The notes under the pieces: model-generated
Told to the model about the DNA's origin: nothing
Seen by the model: only the letters and a program-made list of their open reading frames with translations
Databases searched by the model: none
Source: Candidatus Latescibacterota bacterium
Lineage (GTDB): Bacteria > Latescibacterota > UBA2968 > UBA8231
DNA length: 64,000 bases
Direction of reading: 5' to 3'
NCBI GenBank assembly: GCA_965208105.1
Contig: OZ242318.1
Coordinates: forward strand, 4,736,001 to 4,800,000
Position numbers and translations under genes: made by a program
Shown here: in pieces, positions 9,314-21,577 of the stretch
Numbering within the stretch: position 1 is the first letter of the stretch
Layout: every line of letters starts with the position of its first letter

Positions 9314-12300
9314 GTGTTTGAGAGCGCCAACATCTTGAAAAGATCTACGGATTTCGATTCGATTCGCATTCAACTTGCCTCCCCCGACACAATCCGCACA
9401 TGGTCTCACGGCGAGGTAGCCAAACCGGAAACCATCAACTACCGCTCGTTTAAACCGGAACGCGACGGACTCTTTTGCGAGCGGATTTTTGGTCCCGTAA
9501 AGGATTGGACCTGCCACTGCGGAAAGTACAAAGGGATTCGCTACAGGGGAGTGGTCTGCGATCGCTGCGGCGTGGAGGTCACTCAAGCAAAGGTACGGCG
9601 GGAAAGGCTGGGGCAGATCGAGTTGGCCGTGCCGGTTTCCCATATATGGTATTTCAAATCCCTGCCTTCGAGGATAGGCGCTTTACTCGACATTTCGATG
9701 CGAAACCTCGAAAGGGTTCTGTATTACGAATCGCACATAGTCCTCGATCCCAAGGATTCGCCGGTGGAGGCAATGTCCCTGGTCACCGAGGAGCAATTGA
9801 TTGAACTGCAGGAACAGGGCTTCCATCCCGAGGTGGATATGGGGGCGCCCGCCATCAAGACCTTGCTCACCATGATCGATATAGAGGAGCTTTCCGCCGA
9901 GCTGCGGACGCAGGTCAGGATGGAGACCTCGATTCAACGGAAGCAGGAAGCCCTCAAGCGCCTGAAGGTGGTAGAAGCGTTTCGGCAGTCCGAGAATCGC
10001 CCCGAGTGGATGATTTTGGAAAACATCCCTGTCATTCCTCCAGATTTGCGGCCGCTGGTGCCGCTGGAAGGGGGACGTTTCGCCACCTCCGACCTGAATG
10101 ATCTGTACCGCCGGGTCATCAACCGCAACAACCGCTTGAAGAAACTGATCGGAATCAAGGCGCCCGAGGTCATTTTGCGCAACGAGAAAAGGATGCTGCA
10201 GGAGGCTGTGGATGCCCTTTTCGACAACGGACGGCGCTCGCGGGCGGTACGTGGCGACGGCAATCGCTCGCTGAAGTCCCTCAGCGATTTGCTCAAGGGA
10301 AAGCAGGGGAGGTTCCGGCAGAACCTTTTGGGGAAGCGCGTCGATTACTCGGGCCGCTCGGTTATCGTGGTGGGACCTGAATTGAAGCTTCATCAGTGCG
10401 GCCTGCCAAAAAGCATGGCTCTGGAGCTGTTTAAACCATTCGTCATAAAAAAGCTCGAAGAACACGGCCTGGTTCAGACGGTCAAGAGCGCAAAAAAACT
10501 GGTCGAACGCGAGCGCCCGGAAGTATGGGACATCTTGGAGGAAATCATCCAGGATCACTGCGTATTGCTCAATCGCGCCCCCACCCTGCACCGGTTGGGG
10601 ATCCAGGCCTTTCAGCCCATTCTCGTGGAAGGCAAGGCAATCCGCTTGCATCCCCTGGTTTGTGCCGCCTTCAATGCAGACTTCGACGGCGATCAGATGG
10701 CTGTTCACGTACCATTGTCCTTTGAGGCTCAGGTTGAAGCCCGGCTCCTGATGTTGGCTTCCAACAACATTCTCAAGCCCGCCGACGGCGAGCCGGTCGT
10801 CATGGATAACCCCCAGGATATAGTCCTGGGAAGCAACTACCTGACCAAGGTCAAATTCAGCGAGGGCACCAAGACGGAGAGGCGTTTCTCCAATCCCATC
10901 GAGGCACAGGCAGCCTATGAGGCCGGACGAATCATGCTGCACCAGCCGATCAAGGTTCGCATTAAAGGCGAAATCGTCGATACCACGGTAGGACGGCTCA
11001 TCTTCAACGAGGTATTGCCCGAGGAAATCGGCCTTATCAACCGGGGAGTGGCAAAGGACGACATCAAGACAATCACGGCGGAAGTTCACCGCCATCTGGG
11101 GAATCGCCGCACGGCTGAGTTTGTGGATGATCTCAAGAGGCTCGGCTATCATTATTCCACCATGGCCGGCATTACGATCTCTATCGACGACGTGGTGGTT
11201 CCCGAGGAAAAGAAGGAGCTGATCGACGCCGCGCTGCAGGAAGTGGAGAAGGTAGCCGATCAATACGCAAACGGGATCATTACCGATGGCGAACGCTATA
11301 ACAAGATCATCGATATTTGGACCCATGGCACCTCGGCCGTCTCCCGGGCTGCGCAGAGCACCCTGGAGGAGGCCGAAGAGGGTTTTAATTCGGTATATAT
11401 AATGAAAGACTCCGGCGCGCGCGGAAATGAAGACCAGATCAAGCAATTGGGAGGCATGCGGGGATTGATGAACAAGCCGCAGAAAAAGCTGACAGGGGCG
11501 GTAGGCGAAATAATCGAAACGCCGATTATAGCCTCCTTCAAAGAGGGCCTTTCCGTGCTCGAGTATTTTATTTCCACCCATGGCGCACGCAAGGGGCTGG
11601 CCGACACCGCCCTCAAGACCGCGGAGGCGGGCTATCTGACTCGACGCATGGTGGATGTCGCCCAGGATGTGGTAGTAAGTGAAGAGGACTGCGGTACTGT
11701 TCAAGGCCTCTGGGTCGGCGCTCTAAAGGACGGAGAGGAAATCGTAGAGCCTCTGGCCGATCGCATCGTGGGCCGAGTGTTGCTGGAAGATGTCGTCGAT
11801 GCGGTGGACGATAAGGTGGTTGTCGAGGCAGGAACCCTGCTGGAAGAGGGCGATGCCAACAAAATTGCGCAGGTCGGGGCGGACCAGGTTCTCATTCGTT
11901 CGGTGCTTACCTGCGAATCGGAACGCGGGGTCTGTGCCCGGTGCTACGGCCGCAACCTGGCCACGGGAAGAATCGTCAACGTGGGTGAAGCCGTGGGTGT
12001 GATAGCGGCTCAGAGCATCGGAGAACCGGGAACGCAGCTGACCCTCCGGACCTTCCACATCGGCGGGACGGCAAGTCGCATCGCCGAGCAGTCGCAGATT
12101 ACGGCCAGGCGACAGGGCCGCATCAACTTTGTCAACGTGGATACAGTCGACCATCCGGATACGGGACCAACGGTTACGGGCCGCAATGGTGAGATTGAGC
12201 TTCTCGATGAACAGAACAGGGTGCGTTCGCGCGTCAATGTACCTTATGGCGCTCTCCTAAAGGTCAGCAACGAACAGGAAGTGGAGGCATCTCAGGTTCT

Positions 12301-13405
12301 CTACGAATGGGACCCCTACAACATTGTTATCGTATCCGATCGCCCTGGCAAAGTAAATTTTATCGACATTGTCGAGGGAGTTACCATGCGCGAGGAGTTC
12401 GACGAAACCACGGGCATGAGTGCTCGCAGCATCGTCGAACAGCGTGACCGCTCGCTTAGTCCGCAGATAGAGATTGACAGCGCAGCAGGCGACAACCGCA
12501 ATTTTCTCATTCCGGTGGGGGCGCGCCTGCTGGTGATGGATGAAGCTGATATCCAACCGGGACAGATTCTGGCCAAGATTCCCCGCGAGCGTGCCAAGAC
12601 CCGTGATATTACTGGTGGCCTGCCCAGGGTGGTTGAACTCATCGAAGCCCGGCGCCCGAAGGAGCCGGCAGTAATTTCGGAGATCGACGGCACGGTCTGT
12701 TTTGGCGGGCTGGTGCGAGGAAACCGCGAATTGGTCGTTACCGGAGCAGACGGCCAGGAGCGCAAATACCTGGTCCCCTATGGCAAGCACCTGCGAGTCC
12801 ATGAAGGCGACCGGGTCGTTGCGGGCGAACGGCTTTCCGAAGGATCCGTGAACCCCCATGATATTCTACGGGTTCAGGGCGTAAGCAAGGTGCAGGAGTA
12901 CCTGGTGAACGAAATCCAGGATGTCTACCGCCTCCAGGCCGTGGAGATAAACGACAAGCACATAGAGGTGATAGTCAAGCAGATGCTGCAAAAAGTGCGG
13001 GTCATCGATCCGGGCGACACTAATTTTTTGGAAGGCGAGGAGGTAGACAAGATCCGATTCAACATTGAGAACGAGAAGGTGCTGAGCGAAGGTGGTGACC
13101 CGTCTACCTGTCAACCGATTCTATTGGGAATTACCCGCGCTTCTCTGCGAACCGACAGCTTTATTTCAGCCGCCTCGTTCCAGGAGACCACCAGGGTGCT
13201 CACCGAGGCAGCCGTCCAGGGCAAGATTGATCGTCTGCGGGGTCTCAAGGAAAATGTGATAATCGGACGGCTGATCCCCGCGGGGACGGGGACCGAAATT
13301 TACCGTGGAGCTTCGTACGAGGACCTGGAGGCCGGTGAAAATGGCCGGGAAGAGGAAGAAGAGGTGAAAGAAGTGGAAGGAATAAGCGCCCAGCCTGAAG
13401 GTTGA
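9314..13405 (+). CDS. rpoC: RNA polymerase beta' subunit (GTG start)
   Basis: NADFDGD active site, N-terminal zinc finger, [13 protein letters not shown]. Confidence 0.99.
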   Translation: MFESANILKRSTDFDSIRIQLASPDTIRTWSHGEVAKPETINYRSFKPERDGLFCERIFGPVKDWTCHCGKYKGIRYRGVVCDRCGVEVTQAKVRRERLGQIELAVPVSHIWYFKSLPSRIGALLDISMRNLERVLYYESHIVLDPKDSPVEAMSLVTEEQLIELQEQGFHPEVDMGAPAIKTLLTMIDIEELSAELRTQVRMETSIQRKQEALKRLKVVEAFRQSENRPEWMILENIPVIPPDLRPLVPLEGGRFATSDLNDLYRRVINRNNRLKKLIGIKAPEVILRNEKRMLQEAVDALFDNGRRSRAVRGDGNRSLKSLSDLLKGKQGRFRQNLLGKRVDYSGRSVIVVGPELKLHQCGLPKSMALELFKPFVIKKLEEHGLVQTVKSAKKLVERERPEVWDILEEIIQDHCVLLNRAPTLHRLGIQAFQPILVEGKAIRLHPLVCAAFNADFDGDQMAVHVPLSFEAQVEARLLMLASNNILKPADGEPVVMDNPQDIVLGSNYLTKVKFSEGTKTERRFSNPIEAQAAYEAGRIMLHQPIKVRIKGEIVDTTVGRLIFNEVLPEEIGLINRGVAKDDIKTITAEVHRHLGNRRTAEFVDDLKRLGYHYSTMAGITISIDDVVVPEEKKELIDAALQEVEKVADQYANGIITDGERYNKIIDIWTHGTSAVSRAAQSTLEEAEEGFNSVYIMKDSGARGNEDQIKQLGGMRGLMNKPQKKLTGAVGEIIETPIIASFKEGLSVLEYFISTHGARKGLADTALKTAEAGYLTRRMVDVAQDVVVSEEDCGTVQGLWVGALKDGEEIVEPLADRIVGRVLLEDVVDAVDDKVVVEAGTLLEEGDANKIAQVGADQVLIRSVLTCESERGVCARCYGRNLATGRIVNVGEAVGVIAAQSIGEPGTQLTLRTFHIGGTASRIAEQSQITARRQGRINFVNVDTVDHPDTGPTVTGRNGEIELLDEQNRVRSRVNVPYGALLKVSNEQEVEASQVLYEWDPYNIVIVSDRPGKVNFIDIVEGVTMREEFDETTGMSARSIVEQRDRSLSPQIEIDSAAGDNRNFLIPVGARLLVMDEADIQPGQILAKIPRERAKTRDITGGLPRVVELIEARRPKEPAVISEIDGTVCFGGLVRGNRELVVTGADGQERKYLVPYGKHLRVHEGDRVVAGERLSEGSVNPHDILRVQGVSKVQEYLVNEIQDVYRLQAVEINDKHIEVIVKQMLQKVRVIDPGDTNFLEGEEVDKIRFNIENEKVLSEGGDPSTCQPILLGITRASLRTDSFISAASFQETTRVLTEAAVQGKIDRLRGLKENVIIGRLIPAGTGTEIYRGASYEDLEAGENGREEEEEVKEVEGISAQPEG

Positions 13406-13690
13406 GCCCCATCAGGGGATTAGGCTTTTCAGGGTAACCCCGGGGTTGTCTCGCACGCCAGTGCGAGAACCTCGCTGAATGGACTCCCTGGCGGCCGAAG
13501 ACCCCCGCCTGGAAGGGGCCCACTCCCTGGCGGCGGGTATTGATCCGGGTGAGAATGAAATCGGGCCCTCGCAGGGTTCTCATTCTTCGCCCTTGGCCGG
13601 TTGCAGGTAATTTTCAGAACACACCGCTTTCCTTCTCGGAGTATCGAATCCCAAGCCAGGTTAATGTCGCGGGCGATTTTACCCAGCCTA

Positions 13691-13719
13691 TTGACATTCA
13701 GAGAAGGGGTATTTAGATT
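13691..13719 (+). promoter_or_regulatory. Sigma70 promoter of the str/S10 operon
   Basis: TTGACA-17 nt-TAGATT about 40 nt upstream of rpsL. Confidence 0.7.
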
Positions 13720-13760
13720 TTAAGTTTATTGTTTTCTCGATTTTGGAAGGGGTATGATCC

Positions 13761-14132
13761 TTGCCGACAATCAGCCAGTTGGTCCGGAAGGGCCGGAGGA
13801 AAAACTACAAGAAAAGCGACACCCCCCAGCTGGAAGGATGCCCGCAGCGCCGGGGGGTTTGCACCCGCGTCTACACAAGTACGCCCAGAAAACCCAATTC
13901 TGCGCTGCGCAAGATGGCCCGGGTGCGCCTGACCACGGGAATTGAAGTTACTGCCTACATTCCCGGTGAGGGCAACAATCTTCAGGAGCATTCGATCGTT
14001 CTGGTCAGGGGCGGACGCGTCAAGGACTGTCCAGGTGTTCGGTATCACATCATCCGAGGGGTTCTGGACACTAGCGGAGTGGAAGAACGCAGGCAAGGGC
14101 GATCCAAGTACGGTGCCAGGAAGCCTGATTAA
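13761..14132 (+). CDS. rpsL: 30S ribosomal protein S12 (TTG start)
   Basis: [30 protein letters not shown]. Confidence 0.99.
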   Translation: MPTISQLVRKGRRKNYKKSDTPQLEGCPQRRGVCTRVYTSTPRKPNSALRKMARVRLTTGIEVTAYIPGEGNNLQEHSIVLVRGGRVKDCPGVRYHIIRGVLDTSGVEERRQGRSKYGARKPD

Positions 14133-14162
14133 CCATAATCTGGATTGCAGAAATAGGACTCA

Positions 14163-14633
14163 ATGTCTCGCCGCCGAAAAACCGTAAAAAGGCAGGTACT
14201 GCCCGATCCTAAATTCCACAACGTGCTGGTTGCTCGGTTTATCAACTCCCTGATGAAAAAGGGAAAGAAAAGCGTAGCCGAGCGCATCTTCTATCTGGCT
14301 ATTGACATGATAAACCAACGTTCCGACCAGGATGGGATCGAGATCTTTCAAAAAGCGGTGGAAAACGTCAAGCCCATTGTTATGGTGCGTTCACGCCGGG
14401 TAGGCGGGCAAACCTACCAGATCCCCATTGAGGTTCGTCCCGATGAGCGGACCGCACGCTCGATTCGCTGGCTGATCCGGTTTGCCCGGGAGAGATCTGA
14501 GCGCACCATGGCCGAGAGATTGGCCAATGAATTTATTGCCGCTTCCAAGGGCGATGGCAATGCCGTTCGGCAGCGCGAAGATGTACATCGCATGGCCGAG
14601 GCCAATAAAGCGTTTGCCCATTATCGGCTATAG
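14163..14633 (+). CDS. rpsG: 30S ribosomal protein S7
   Basis: [25 protein letters not shown]. Confidence 0.99.
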   Translation: MSRRRKTVKRQVLPDPKFHNVLVARFINSLMKKGKKSVAERIFYLAIDMINQRSDQDGIEIFQKAVENVKPIVMVRSRRVGGQTYQIPIEVRPDERTARSIRWLIRFARERSERTMAERLANEFIAASKGDGNAVRQREDVHRMAEANKAFAHYRL

Positions 14634-14650
14634 CCTGGGGAATGAATAGA

Positions 14651-16732
14651 ATGGCGCGCAAATACCCGTTGGAGACTACCAGAAACATTGGTATCGCGGC
14701 ACACATTGATGCCGGAAAAACGACGACCACCGAGCGCATGCTGTTCTATACGGGGCGTTTGCATCGCATGGGGGAAGTTCATGAAGGTACTGCCGCGATG
14801 GACTGGATGGACCAGGAGCGCGAAAGAGGCATCACGATCACATCCGCGGCGACAGCCTGCCAGTGGGATGATTTTCGGATCAACATAATCGATACGCCGG
14901 GGCATGTCGATTTTACTGCCGAGGTTGAGCGTTCATTGCGCGTCCTGGATGGAGCCATTGGAATTTTTTGCGCCGTCGGGGGAGTGGAACCCCAGTCTGA
15001 AACCGTCTGGCGGCAAGCCGACCGCTATAAGGTGCCGCGCATCGCATTCGTCAATAAAATGGACCGCAATGGCGCTGACTTTTACAAGGTCCTTTTGATG
15101 TTGAAAGAGCGCCTGGGGAGCAATTTTGTGCCAATCCAGCTTCCCGTTGGCCAGGGTGAGACCTTTACGGGCTTGGTCGATCTCGTCAAGATGAACGCGG
15201 TTTCCTATGGAGAGGGAAGCCAGGGAATCAGGTTTTATGAAGGCGACATCCCTGATGATCTGTTGGAAAATGCCTTGCATTGGCGTGAAAAACTGCTGGA
15301 AGCCGTTTCCGACTTCGACGATCGGCTCATGGAGAAATTCCTGGATGGAGAGGAGATTCATCCCGATGAGATCTGGGCAGCCCTGAGACGAGCCACGATT
15401 TCCCTGAAAGCGGTACCGGTTACCTGTGGCAGCTCATTCCGTTACAAAGGGGTCCAGCGCCTTCTCGATGCGGTGGTGAAATTTTTGCCTTCACCAGCAG
15501 ATGTGGAAGAGGTCAAGGGCACACTCCCTGATTCGGAAGAGAGCGTGGTCCGCTACGCCAGAGACGATGAACCCTTTGCCGGCCTTGCCTTCAAGGTAAT
15601 GACCGATCCGTACGTAGGACGCCTGACCTTCGTACGAGTTTACTCCGGGACCCTCGAGGCCGGTTCCTACCTCTTCAATTCTACGACTGGCAAGCGCGAG
15701 AGGATCTCGAGATTGCTGGAAATGCATGCCAATGATCGCACCGAACGGCAGGAGGTGAACGCGGGAGATATCGTGGCCGTGGTCGGACTCAAGGATACGA
15801 CCACGGGAGATACTCTGTGCGACGAAAAAAATCCCTTAATCCTGGAGAAAATCGAGTTTGCAGAGCCTGTGGTGCACGTTGCCATAGAGCCTAAGACGCG
15901 CGTCGACCAGGAACAGCTCCACATTGCATTGACCAAGTTCAGTGAGGAAGATCCGACTTTCAAGGTCAGGATTGACGAAGAGACCGGACAAACTGTCATG
16001 TCGGGAATGGGTGAGCTCCATCTGGAGATCCTCATCGACAGAATGTTCCGCGAATTCAAAGTCGAGGCCAATGTTGGACGCCCTCAGGTCGCTTACAAGG
16101 AGGGAATCCACAAAGGCGTGGAGGCCACGGGTCGTTTCGTCCGCCAGACAGGCGGTCGTGGACAGTACGGCCATGTGGTAATCGAGATGGAGCCAGGCGA
16201 GCCGGGAAGCGGACTGCTCTTCGAACCGAGGATCAAGGGCGGATCCATCCCCCTCGAGTACGTGCCCTCGGTTCGCGCAGGCATACAGGAAGCAATGGCC
16301 ACGGGACCACTGGCAGGGTATCCCATCGAGGACGTAAAAGTGGCTCTCCTGGATGGCTCCTATCACGAGGTCGATTCATCTGAGATGGCATTCAAGGTGG
16401 CTGGGTCTATGGCCTTCAAGGAAGGTGCGCGGAAAGCTTCCCCCTATCTCATGGAGCCGATCATGAGGCTGGAAGTGGTCGTGCCGGAGCAGTATATGGG
16501 AGATGTCATAGCCGATCTCCAATCTCATCGCGGCGATATCCTCGGAATCAATCCCAGGTCCGATGCCCAGGTGGTGAACGCGGTGATTCCACTCAGCGAA
16601 ACCTTTGGATATGCGACCAGACTGCGGTCTCATACCCAGGGGCGCGCGGTATTCACCATGCAGTTCGAAAAGTACCAGGAAGTGCCCCGGCAAATTACGG
16701 ATGAACTCGTCTCCAGGATCAGCGGCCAGTAG
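14651..16732 (+). CDS. fusA: Elongation factor G
   Basis: [35 protein letters not shown]. Confidence 0.99.
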   Translation: MARKYPLETTRNIGIAAHIDAGKTTTTERMLFYTGRLHRMGEVHEGTAAMDWMDQERERGITITSAATACQWDDFRINIIDTPGHVDFTAEVERSLRVLDGAIGIFCAVGGVEPQSETVWRQADRYKVPRIAFVNKMDRNGADFYKVLLMLKERLGSNFVPIQLPVGQGETFTGLVDLVKMNAVSYGEGSQGIRFYEGDIPDDLLENALHWREKLLEAVSDFDDRLMEKFLDGEEIHPDEIWAALRRATISLKAVPVTCGSSFRYKGVQRLLDAVVKFLPSPADVEEVKGTLPDSEESVVRYARDDEPFAGLAFKVMTDPYVGRLTFVRVYSGTLEAGSYLFNSTTGKRERISRLLEMHANDRTERQEVNAGDIVAVVGLKDTTTGDTLCDEKNPLILEKIEFAEPVVHVAIEPKTRVDQEQLHIALTKFSEEDPTFKVRIDEETGQTVMSGMGELHLEILIDRMFREFKVEANVGRPQVAYKEGIHKGVEATGRFVRQTGGRGQYGHVVIEMEPGEPGSGLLFEPRIKGGSIPLEYVPSVRAGIQEAMATGPLAGYPIEDVKVALLDGSYHEVDSSEMAFKVAGSMAFKEGARKASPYLMEPIMRLEVVVPEQYMGDVIADLQSHRGDILGINPRSDAQVVNAVIPLSETFGYATRLRSHTQGRAVFTMQFEKYQEVPRQITDELVSRISGQ

Positions 16733-16787
16733 AATGGCTCGAGGCGCAAAGATTTATTGAAAACCCAGAAGGGAAGGATGGAAGCAA

Positions 16788-17978
16788 ATGGCCAAAGAAA
16801 CCTTTCAGCGCACAAAGCCTCACGTCAATATCGGCACCATAGGTCACGTCGATCATGGCAAAACGACGCTGACCGCCGCCATTACTCTATACTTGTCCTC
16901 CAAAGGGATGGCGGAGCAGAGGTCGGTCGACGATATAGATAATGCACCGGAAGAAAAGGCCCGAGGGGTAACGATCAATGTTTCCCACCAGGAATATGAG
17001 ACGGAAAGCAGGCATTACGCCCATGTCGATTGCCCTGGTCACGCAGACTATATCAAGAATATGATTACCGGGGCCGCGCAGATGGATGGTGCCATTCTGG
17101 TCGTGAGTGCGGCTGACGGCCCGATGATTCAAACCAGGGAGCACATCCTTCTTGCCCGCCAGGTCAATGTTCCACAGATCGTCGTCTATCTCAACAAGGT
17201 TGATATGGTGGACGATGAGGAATTGCTCGACCTGGTCGAACTCGAAACCCGGGAATTGCTTTCCGAGTACGATTTTCCGGGCGATGACGTACCTGTGATT
17301 CGCGGATCTGCCCTCAAGGCTCTGGAGGGTGAGGACAGCGATGTCGGCGTACAATCCATTGAGGAGCTCATGCAGGCGGTTGATGAGTTCATCCCCATGC
17401 CCCAGCGCCCTGTAGACCAGCCATTTCTCATGCCGGTCGAGGATGTCTTCAGCATTACCGGTCGCGGGACTGTGGGGACCGGGCGTGTCGAGCGCGGCAA
17501 GATCAAGACGGGCGAGGGTGTTGAGGTTGTCGGGATCAAAGAAACCCAAAAAACGGTATGCACGGGCGTAGAAATGTTTCGCAAGCTGCTTGATGAAGGT
17601 GAGGCGGGCGATAATGTCGGCCTTCTCCTGCGGGGTGTGGAAAAGGACGAATTGATGAGGGGCATGGTGATCTGCCAGCCCGGCTCAATCACCCCGCATA
17701 TCAAATTCAAAGCCGAAGTATATGTTCTGACCAGCAAGGAAGGCGGCCGCGAAAAACCATTCTTTTCCGGCTATCGTCCCCAGTTTTTCTTCCGTACTAC
17801 GGACGTTACCGGGTCAATCGCCCTGCCGGAAGGGACAGAGATGGTCATGCCGGGAGACAACGTCAACATGGAAGTCGAGCTGCATCAACCAATCGCTATT
17901 GAAAAGACGCTTAAATTCGCTATCCGCGAGGGTGGCCGCACCATTGGATCGGGCGTAGTAACAGATATCGCCGAATGA
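16788..17978 (+). CDS. tuf: Elongation factor Tu
   Basis: [30 protein letters not shown]. Confidence 0.99.
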   Translation: MAKETFQRTKPHVNIGTIGHVDHGKTTLTAAITLYLSSKGMAEQRSVDDIDNAPEEKARGVTINVSHQEYETESRHYAHVDCPGHADYIKNMITGAAQMDGAILVVSAADGPMIQTREHILLARQVNVPQIVVYLNKVDMVDDEELLDLVELETRELLSEYDFPGDDVPVIRGSALKALEGEDSDVGVQSIEELMQAVDEFIPMPQRPVDQPFLMPVEDVFSITGRGTVGTGRVERGKIKTGEGVEVVGIKETQKTVCTGVEMFRKLLDEGEAGDNVGLLLRGVEKDELMRGMVICQPGSITPHIKFKAEVYVLTSKEGGREKPFFSGYRPQFFFRTTDVTGSIALPEGTEMVMPGDNVNMEVELHQPIAIEKTLKFAIREGGRTIGSGVVTDIAE

Positions 17979-18006
17979 TTCCGATGCTTGTTTCCAGGAG
18001 AAAAAT

Positions 18007-18315
18007 GTGGCAGTCGACAGGATCCGCATACGTTTAAAGGCTTACGACCATGCTGCCCTGGACAAATCTGTGGACGAAATTGTCCAGACGGTAAAGCGTA
18101 GCGGTGCCCAGATTGTCGGACCTGTTCCGCTTCCGACCGCTCGGACTATATACACGGTGTTGAGATCGCCCAATGTCGACAAGAAGTCGAGAGAGCAGTT
18201 CGAAACCCGGGTCCACAAACGTCTCATCGATATCTATGATTCAACCCCGCAGACAGTGGACGCACTTATGAAACTCGACCTGCCGGCCGGAATTGGCATA
18301 GATATAAAGGTGTAG
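18007..18315 (+). CDS. rpsJ: 30S ribosomal protein S10 (GTG start)
   Basis: [32 protein letters not shown]. Confidence 0.98.
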   Translation: MAVDRIRIRLKAYDHAALDKSVDEIVQTVKRSGAQIVGPVPLPTARTIYTVLRSPNVDKKSREQFETRVHKRLIDIYDSTPQTVDALMKLDLPAGIGIDIKV

Positions 18316-18348
18316 CGAGGTAAGTTCAGAGAGAGGCCGTGGTGAGAG

Positions 18349-19005
18349 ATGGGTGAACATGTTGACGTGTTGAATAGTGAGGGAATGTCCCAGGGCTCCA
18401 TCGAACTCCCAGACTATCTGTTTGATGCGGAGGTCTCCGAACACGCTCTGTATAGAGCCGTGACAACCTATCTGGCCAACCAGAGGCAGGGGAACGCTTC
18501 GACGAAGACCCGCTCTGAGGTGAGGCGGACCGGTAAAAAACACCATAGGCAAAAGGGCATCGGAATTGCCCGTCGAGGTTCTCTGGGTTCGCCCCTGTTG
18601 CGGGGAGGAGGGGTGGCGTTCGGTCCCAAGCCCCGATCCTACCACTCGAATCTTCCCAAATTGCTGAAGCGATTGGCTTTTCGTTCTGCTCTGACTCTCA
18701 AGAGGCGAAGCGGAAGTATAAAGGTGGTGGAAGATTTCGACTTTTCCGAGCCCAGCACGAAATCCTTTCTTGGAATAATCAGAGCATGTGGATTGGAAGG
18801 GAGGAAACTCCTGTTTGTCACTCCCGGAAGCATTCCAGTCCTCGTCAAATCGTGTCGAAATTTGCCCGGAGTTCAGATAAGACCTGCAGATTCTTTATGT
18901 ACATATGATGTTGTGGATGCAGACTCCTTGTTGATTACTCGAAAGGCGTTGGAAGTGCTCTCCCTCAATTATGTGAATTCCAAGGGGGGAGGAGAAAGAG
19001 GATGA
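18349..19005 (+). CDS. rplD: 50S ribosomal protein L4
   Basis: RQGNASTKTRSEV, RQKG.G.AR, GGGVAFGPKPR. Confidence 0.96.
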   Translation: MGEHVDVLNSEGMSQGSIELPDYLFDAEVSEHALYRAVTTYLANQRQGNASTKTRSEVRRTGKKHHRQKGIGIARRGSLGSPLLRGGGVAFGPKPRSYHSNLPKLLKRLAFRSALTLKRRSGSIKVVEDFDFSEPSTKSFLGIIRACGLEGRKLLFVTPGSIPVLVKSCRNLPGVQIRPADSLCTYDVVDADSLLITRKALEVLSLNYVNSKGGGERG

Positions 19006-19289
19006 ACAGCCACCGGACCATTATTCGCAAGCCCATTGTCACGGAGAAAGCCACCATTCTGCGCGAGGGGAACAAGTACACCTTCCGGGTAGACAGAAGG
19101 GCCAACAAAATCCAGATCCGGGAGGCTATCGAGGCCATTTTTGACGTCCGGGTAAAGTCCGTTTGCACCGTTTCGGTACCCGGGAAACCCAAGCGCCAGG
19201 GTGCATTCGAGGGGCGATGCTCCAGCTGGAAGAAAGCTTACGTTACCTTGAGAGAAGGGGACGTGATTGATGTATTGGATGCTGCCTGA
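19002..19289 (+). CDS. rplW: 50S ribosomal protein L23
   Basis: PIVTEKA, ANKIQIREAIE, WKKAYVTL. Confidence 0.97.
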   Translation: MNSHRTIIRKPIVTEKATILREGNKYTFRVDRRANKIQIREAIEAIFDVRVKSVCTVSVPGKPKRQGAFEGRCSSWKKAYVTLREGDVIDVLDAA

Positions 19290-19310
19290 TAATTTCCGAG
19301 GAAAGCGATA

Positions 19311-20141
19311 ATGCCGGTCAAGAAATTCCGCCCTGTCACCCCGTCGCAGCGCCACAAGACCGTAAATTCCTTCGAAGGGTTGACAGAGGGGGCTCCGGAG
19401 AGAAGACTGCTCGCCCCTCTTACCAGGTCGGGAGGACGCAATAACCAGGGCCGCATGACCATGAGGAGGCGGGGAGGAGGACACAAGAGAAGGTATCGCG
19501 TCGTCGATTTCAAGCGCAATAAACCGGGGGTTCCGGGAAAGGTTAGTTCCATCGAGTACGATCCGGTGCGCTCGGCGTTTATTGCTTTGATAGCCTATAT
19601 CGACGGAGACAAGCGCTACATTCTTGCGCCGGATGGACTCGAGGCAGGAATGTCGGTTATGTCAGGGGACAAGGCTCCCATCCAGGTTGGCAATGCTCTT
19701 CCGCTATCCAGGATTCCACTTGGCACCACCTTGCACAACATCGAGTTGTATCCCGGCCGCGGTGGACAATTGGCGCGTAGTGCCGGTTCGGGCGTTCAGC
19801 TGTTGAGCCGGGATGAGGAGCGTGCTCAGCTGAGGATGCCATCCGGCGAGCTTCGGGAGGTTCTGGTCGAGTGCTTGGCAACGATTGGACAAGTGGGCAA
19901 TACGGAACACCAGAATGTCGACTTGGGCAAAGCTGGACGAGCGCGCTGGCTTGGACGTCGCCCCAAGGTACGTGGTGTGGTTATGAATCCGGTTGACCAT
20001 CCCCATGGAGGAGGGGAGGGCAAATCTTCAGGTGGGCGTCACCCGGTAACCCCCTGGGGCAAGCCCACCAAGGGATACAAGACGCGCAAACGCAAAATAA
20101 AGTCTGATGCATGGATCCTGCGGCGACGCAATGCCAAATGA
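19311..20141 (+). CDS. rplB: 50S ribosomal protein L2
   Basis: [30 protein letters not shown]. Confidence 0.99.
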   Translation: MPVKKFRPVTPSQRHKTVNSFEGLTEGAPERRLLAPLTRSGGRNNQGRMTMRRRGGGHKRRYRVVDFKRNKPGVPGKVSSIEYDPVRSAFIALIAYIDGDKRYILAPDGLEAGMSVMSGDKAPIQVGNALPLSRIPLGTTLHNIELYPGRGGQLARSAGSGVQLLSRDEERAQLRMPSGELREVLVECLATIGQVGNTEHQNVDLGKAGRARWLGRRPKVRGVVMNPVDHPHGGGEGKSSGGRHPVTPWGKPTKGYKTRKRKIKSDAWILRRRNAK

Positions 20142-20156
20142 GAAATGGAATGAATA

Positions 20157-20447
20157 ATGGCCAGATCGATTAAAAAAGGTCCCTTTATTGATTCGCACTT
20201 GTACTCAAAGATCGAAGAACTCAACAGGACAGGTGATAAGAGGGTAATCAGGACCTGGTCAAGACGTTCCACCATTGCGCCCGAGTTTGTTGGCCATACC
20301 CTGGCAGTACACAACGGGAATAAATTCATTCCGGTATACATAACCGAGAATATGGTTGGGCACAAGTTAGGGGAATTTGCCCCGACACGCACCTTTCGGG
20401 GACATGGTGGAAGGCTGAGTGAACGCGCAAGCGGGATTCGCGGGTAG
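20157..20447 (+). CDS. rpsS: 30S ribosomal protein S19
   Basis: [27 protein letters not shown]. Confidence 0.99.
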   Translation: MARSIKKGPFIDSHLYSKIEELNRTGDKRVIRTWSRRSTIAPEFVGHTLAVHNGNKFIPVYITENMVGHKLGEFAPTRTFRGHGGRLSERASGIRG

Positions 20448-20453
20448 GGAAGT

Positions 20454-20801
20454 ATGGAAGGGAGAGCGGTTCTGAAACAGATTGGAGTTCCGGCAACCAA
20501 ATTGCGACAGGTGGTCGATTTGATCCGCGGTATGCCTGTCGAGGAAGCCTTGAGCACTTTACGTCATTCATCCAGGCCCGTCTCCAAGCTGGTCGAAAAG
20601 ACCTTGCGCTCGGCCATCGCCAATGCTCTCAACAAGGACACCGAAACTCCTGTCGATGAGGAAGAACTTTTCATCAGGAACATTTATGCTGACAGAGCTC
20701 GTGATCTAAAGCGATTGAGGCCACGCGCACGAGGTTCCGCGGATCGTATCTCAAAGGGGCATTCCCATCTAACTGTGATCGTAAGCGATCAAATCACCTA
20801 A
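20454..20801 (+). CDS. rplV: 50S ribosomal protein L22
   Basis: VVDLIRG, SAIANA, RPRARG; synteny. Confidence 0.96.
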   Translation: MEGRAVLKQIGVPATKLRQVVDLIRGMPVEEALSTLRHSSRPVSKLVEKTLRSAIANALNKDTETPVDEEELFIRNIYADRARDLKRLRPRARGSADRISKGHSHLTVIVSDQIT

Positions 20802-20820
20802 ATCATCTGGGAGGATTTGT

Positions 20821-21474
20821 TTGGGACAGAAAACACATCCATACGGCTTCCGGGTAGGCGTGATTAAGAACTGGCGTTCGAACTGGTTCGCCGAAAAGGA
20901 CTTCGCCGAGTTGCTCAGGGAAGACACCATGCTCAGGCGGTATGTAAAGCAGCGTCTACAACGCGCCGGCGTCTCCCACATCAATATCGAGAGGCAGCCC
21001 AAGAGGGTTACCGTAGAGGTCCACACGGCACGTCCCGGCATTGCGATCGGTCGTCGCGGTGCGGAGGTTGATAAATTGAGGGATGAACTTAAGCAAGTTA
21101 CCGGCAAGGATGTCTCATTGAATATTCAGGAAGTCAAGAAACCCGAGTTGGATGCCCAACTCGTGGCCGACAACCTCGCCCGGCAATTGCAGCAGCGCGT
21201 GGCGTTCCGACGCGCCGTGAAGAAGGCGGTTGCCTCCTCGATGCGCATGGGTGCAGAGGGCATTCGAATTGTCTGCTCCGGTCGGATCAATGGATCCGAA
21301 ATGGGGAGACGCGAGCGCTCGGAACCGGCTGGTCGAGTTCCTTTGCACACCTTGCGGGCGGATATCGATTTTGGCAAGGCCACCGCATTTACCGTTTCGG
21401 GAACCGTTGGGGTGAAGGTGTGGATCTGCCACGGAGAAGTGGTTGACGAGGAAGAGCCTGTTGCTCAGATATAG
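20821..21474 (+). CDS. rpsC: 30S ribosomal protein S3 (TTG start)
   Basis: GQKTHPYGFR, TARPG, GRVPLHTLRADID. Confidence 0.98.
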   Translation: MGQKTHPYGFRVGVIKNWRSNWFAEKDFAELLREDTMLRRYVKQRLQRAGVSHINIERQPKRVTVEVHTARPGIAIGRRGAEVDKLRDELKQVTGKDVSLNIQEVKKPELDAQLVADNLARQLQQRVAFRRAVKKAVASSMRMGAEGIRIVCSGRINGSEMGRRERSEPAGRVPLHTLRADIDFGKATAFTVSGTVGVKVWICHGEVVDEEEPVAQI

Positions 21475-21577
21475 CCTGCGGGCCGTTTTGGGCTTCAATA
21501 TGCAATTGTCGTTTGCAAGGAAAGAAAAAGGGGAATTCAATCAGTTGCCATTGCTGATTGGGTGAGGAGGCAGGCCG

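Noticed and set aside
9683-11704. 673-aa antisense ORF inside rpoC
   Set aside because: Shadow ORF from codon bias; no recognisable motifs.
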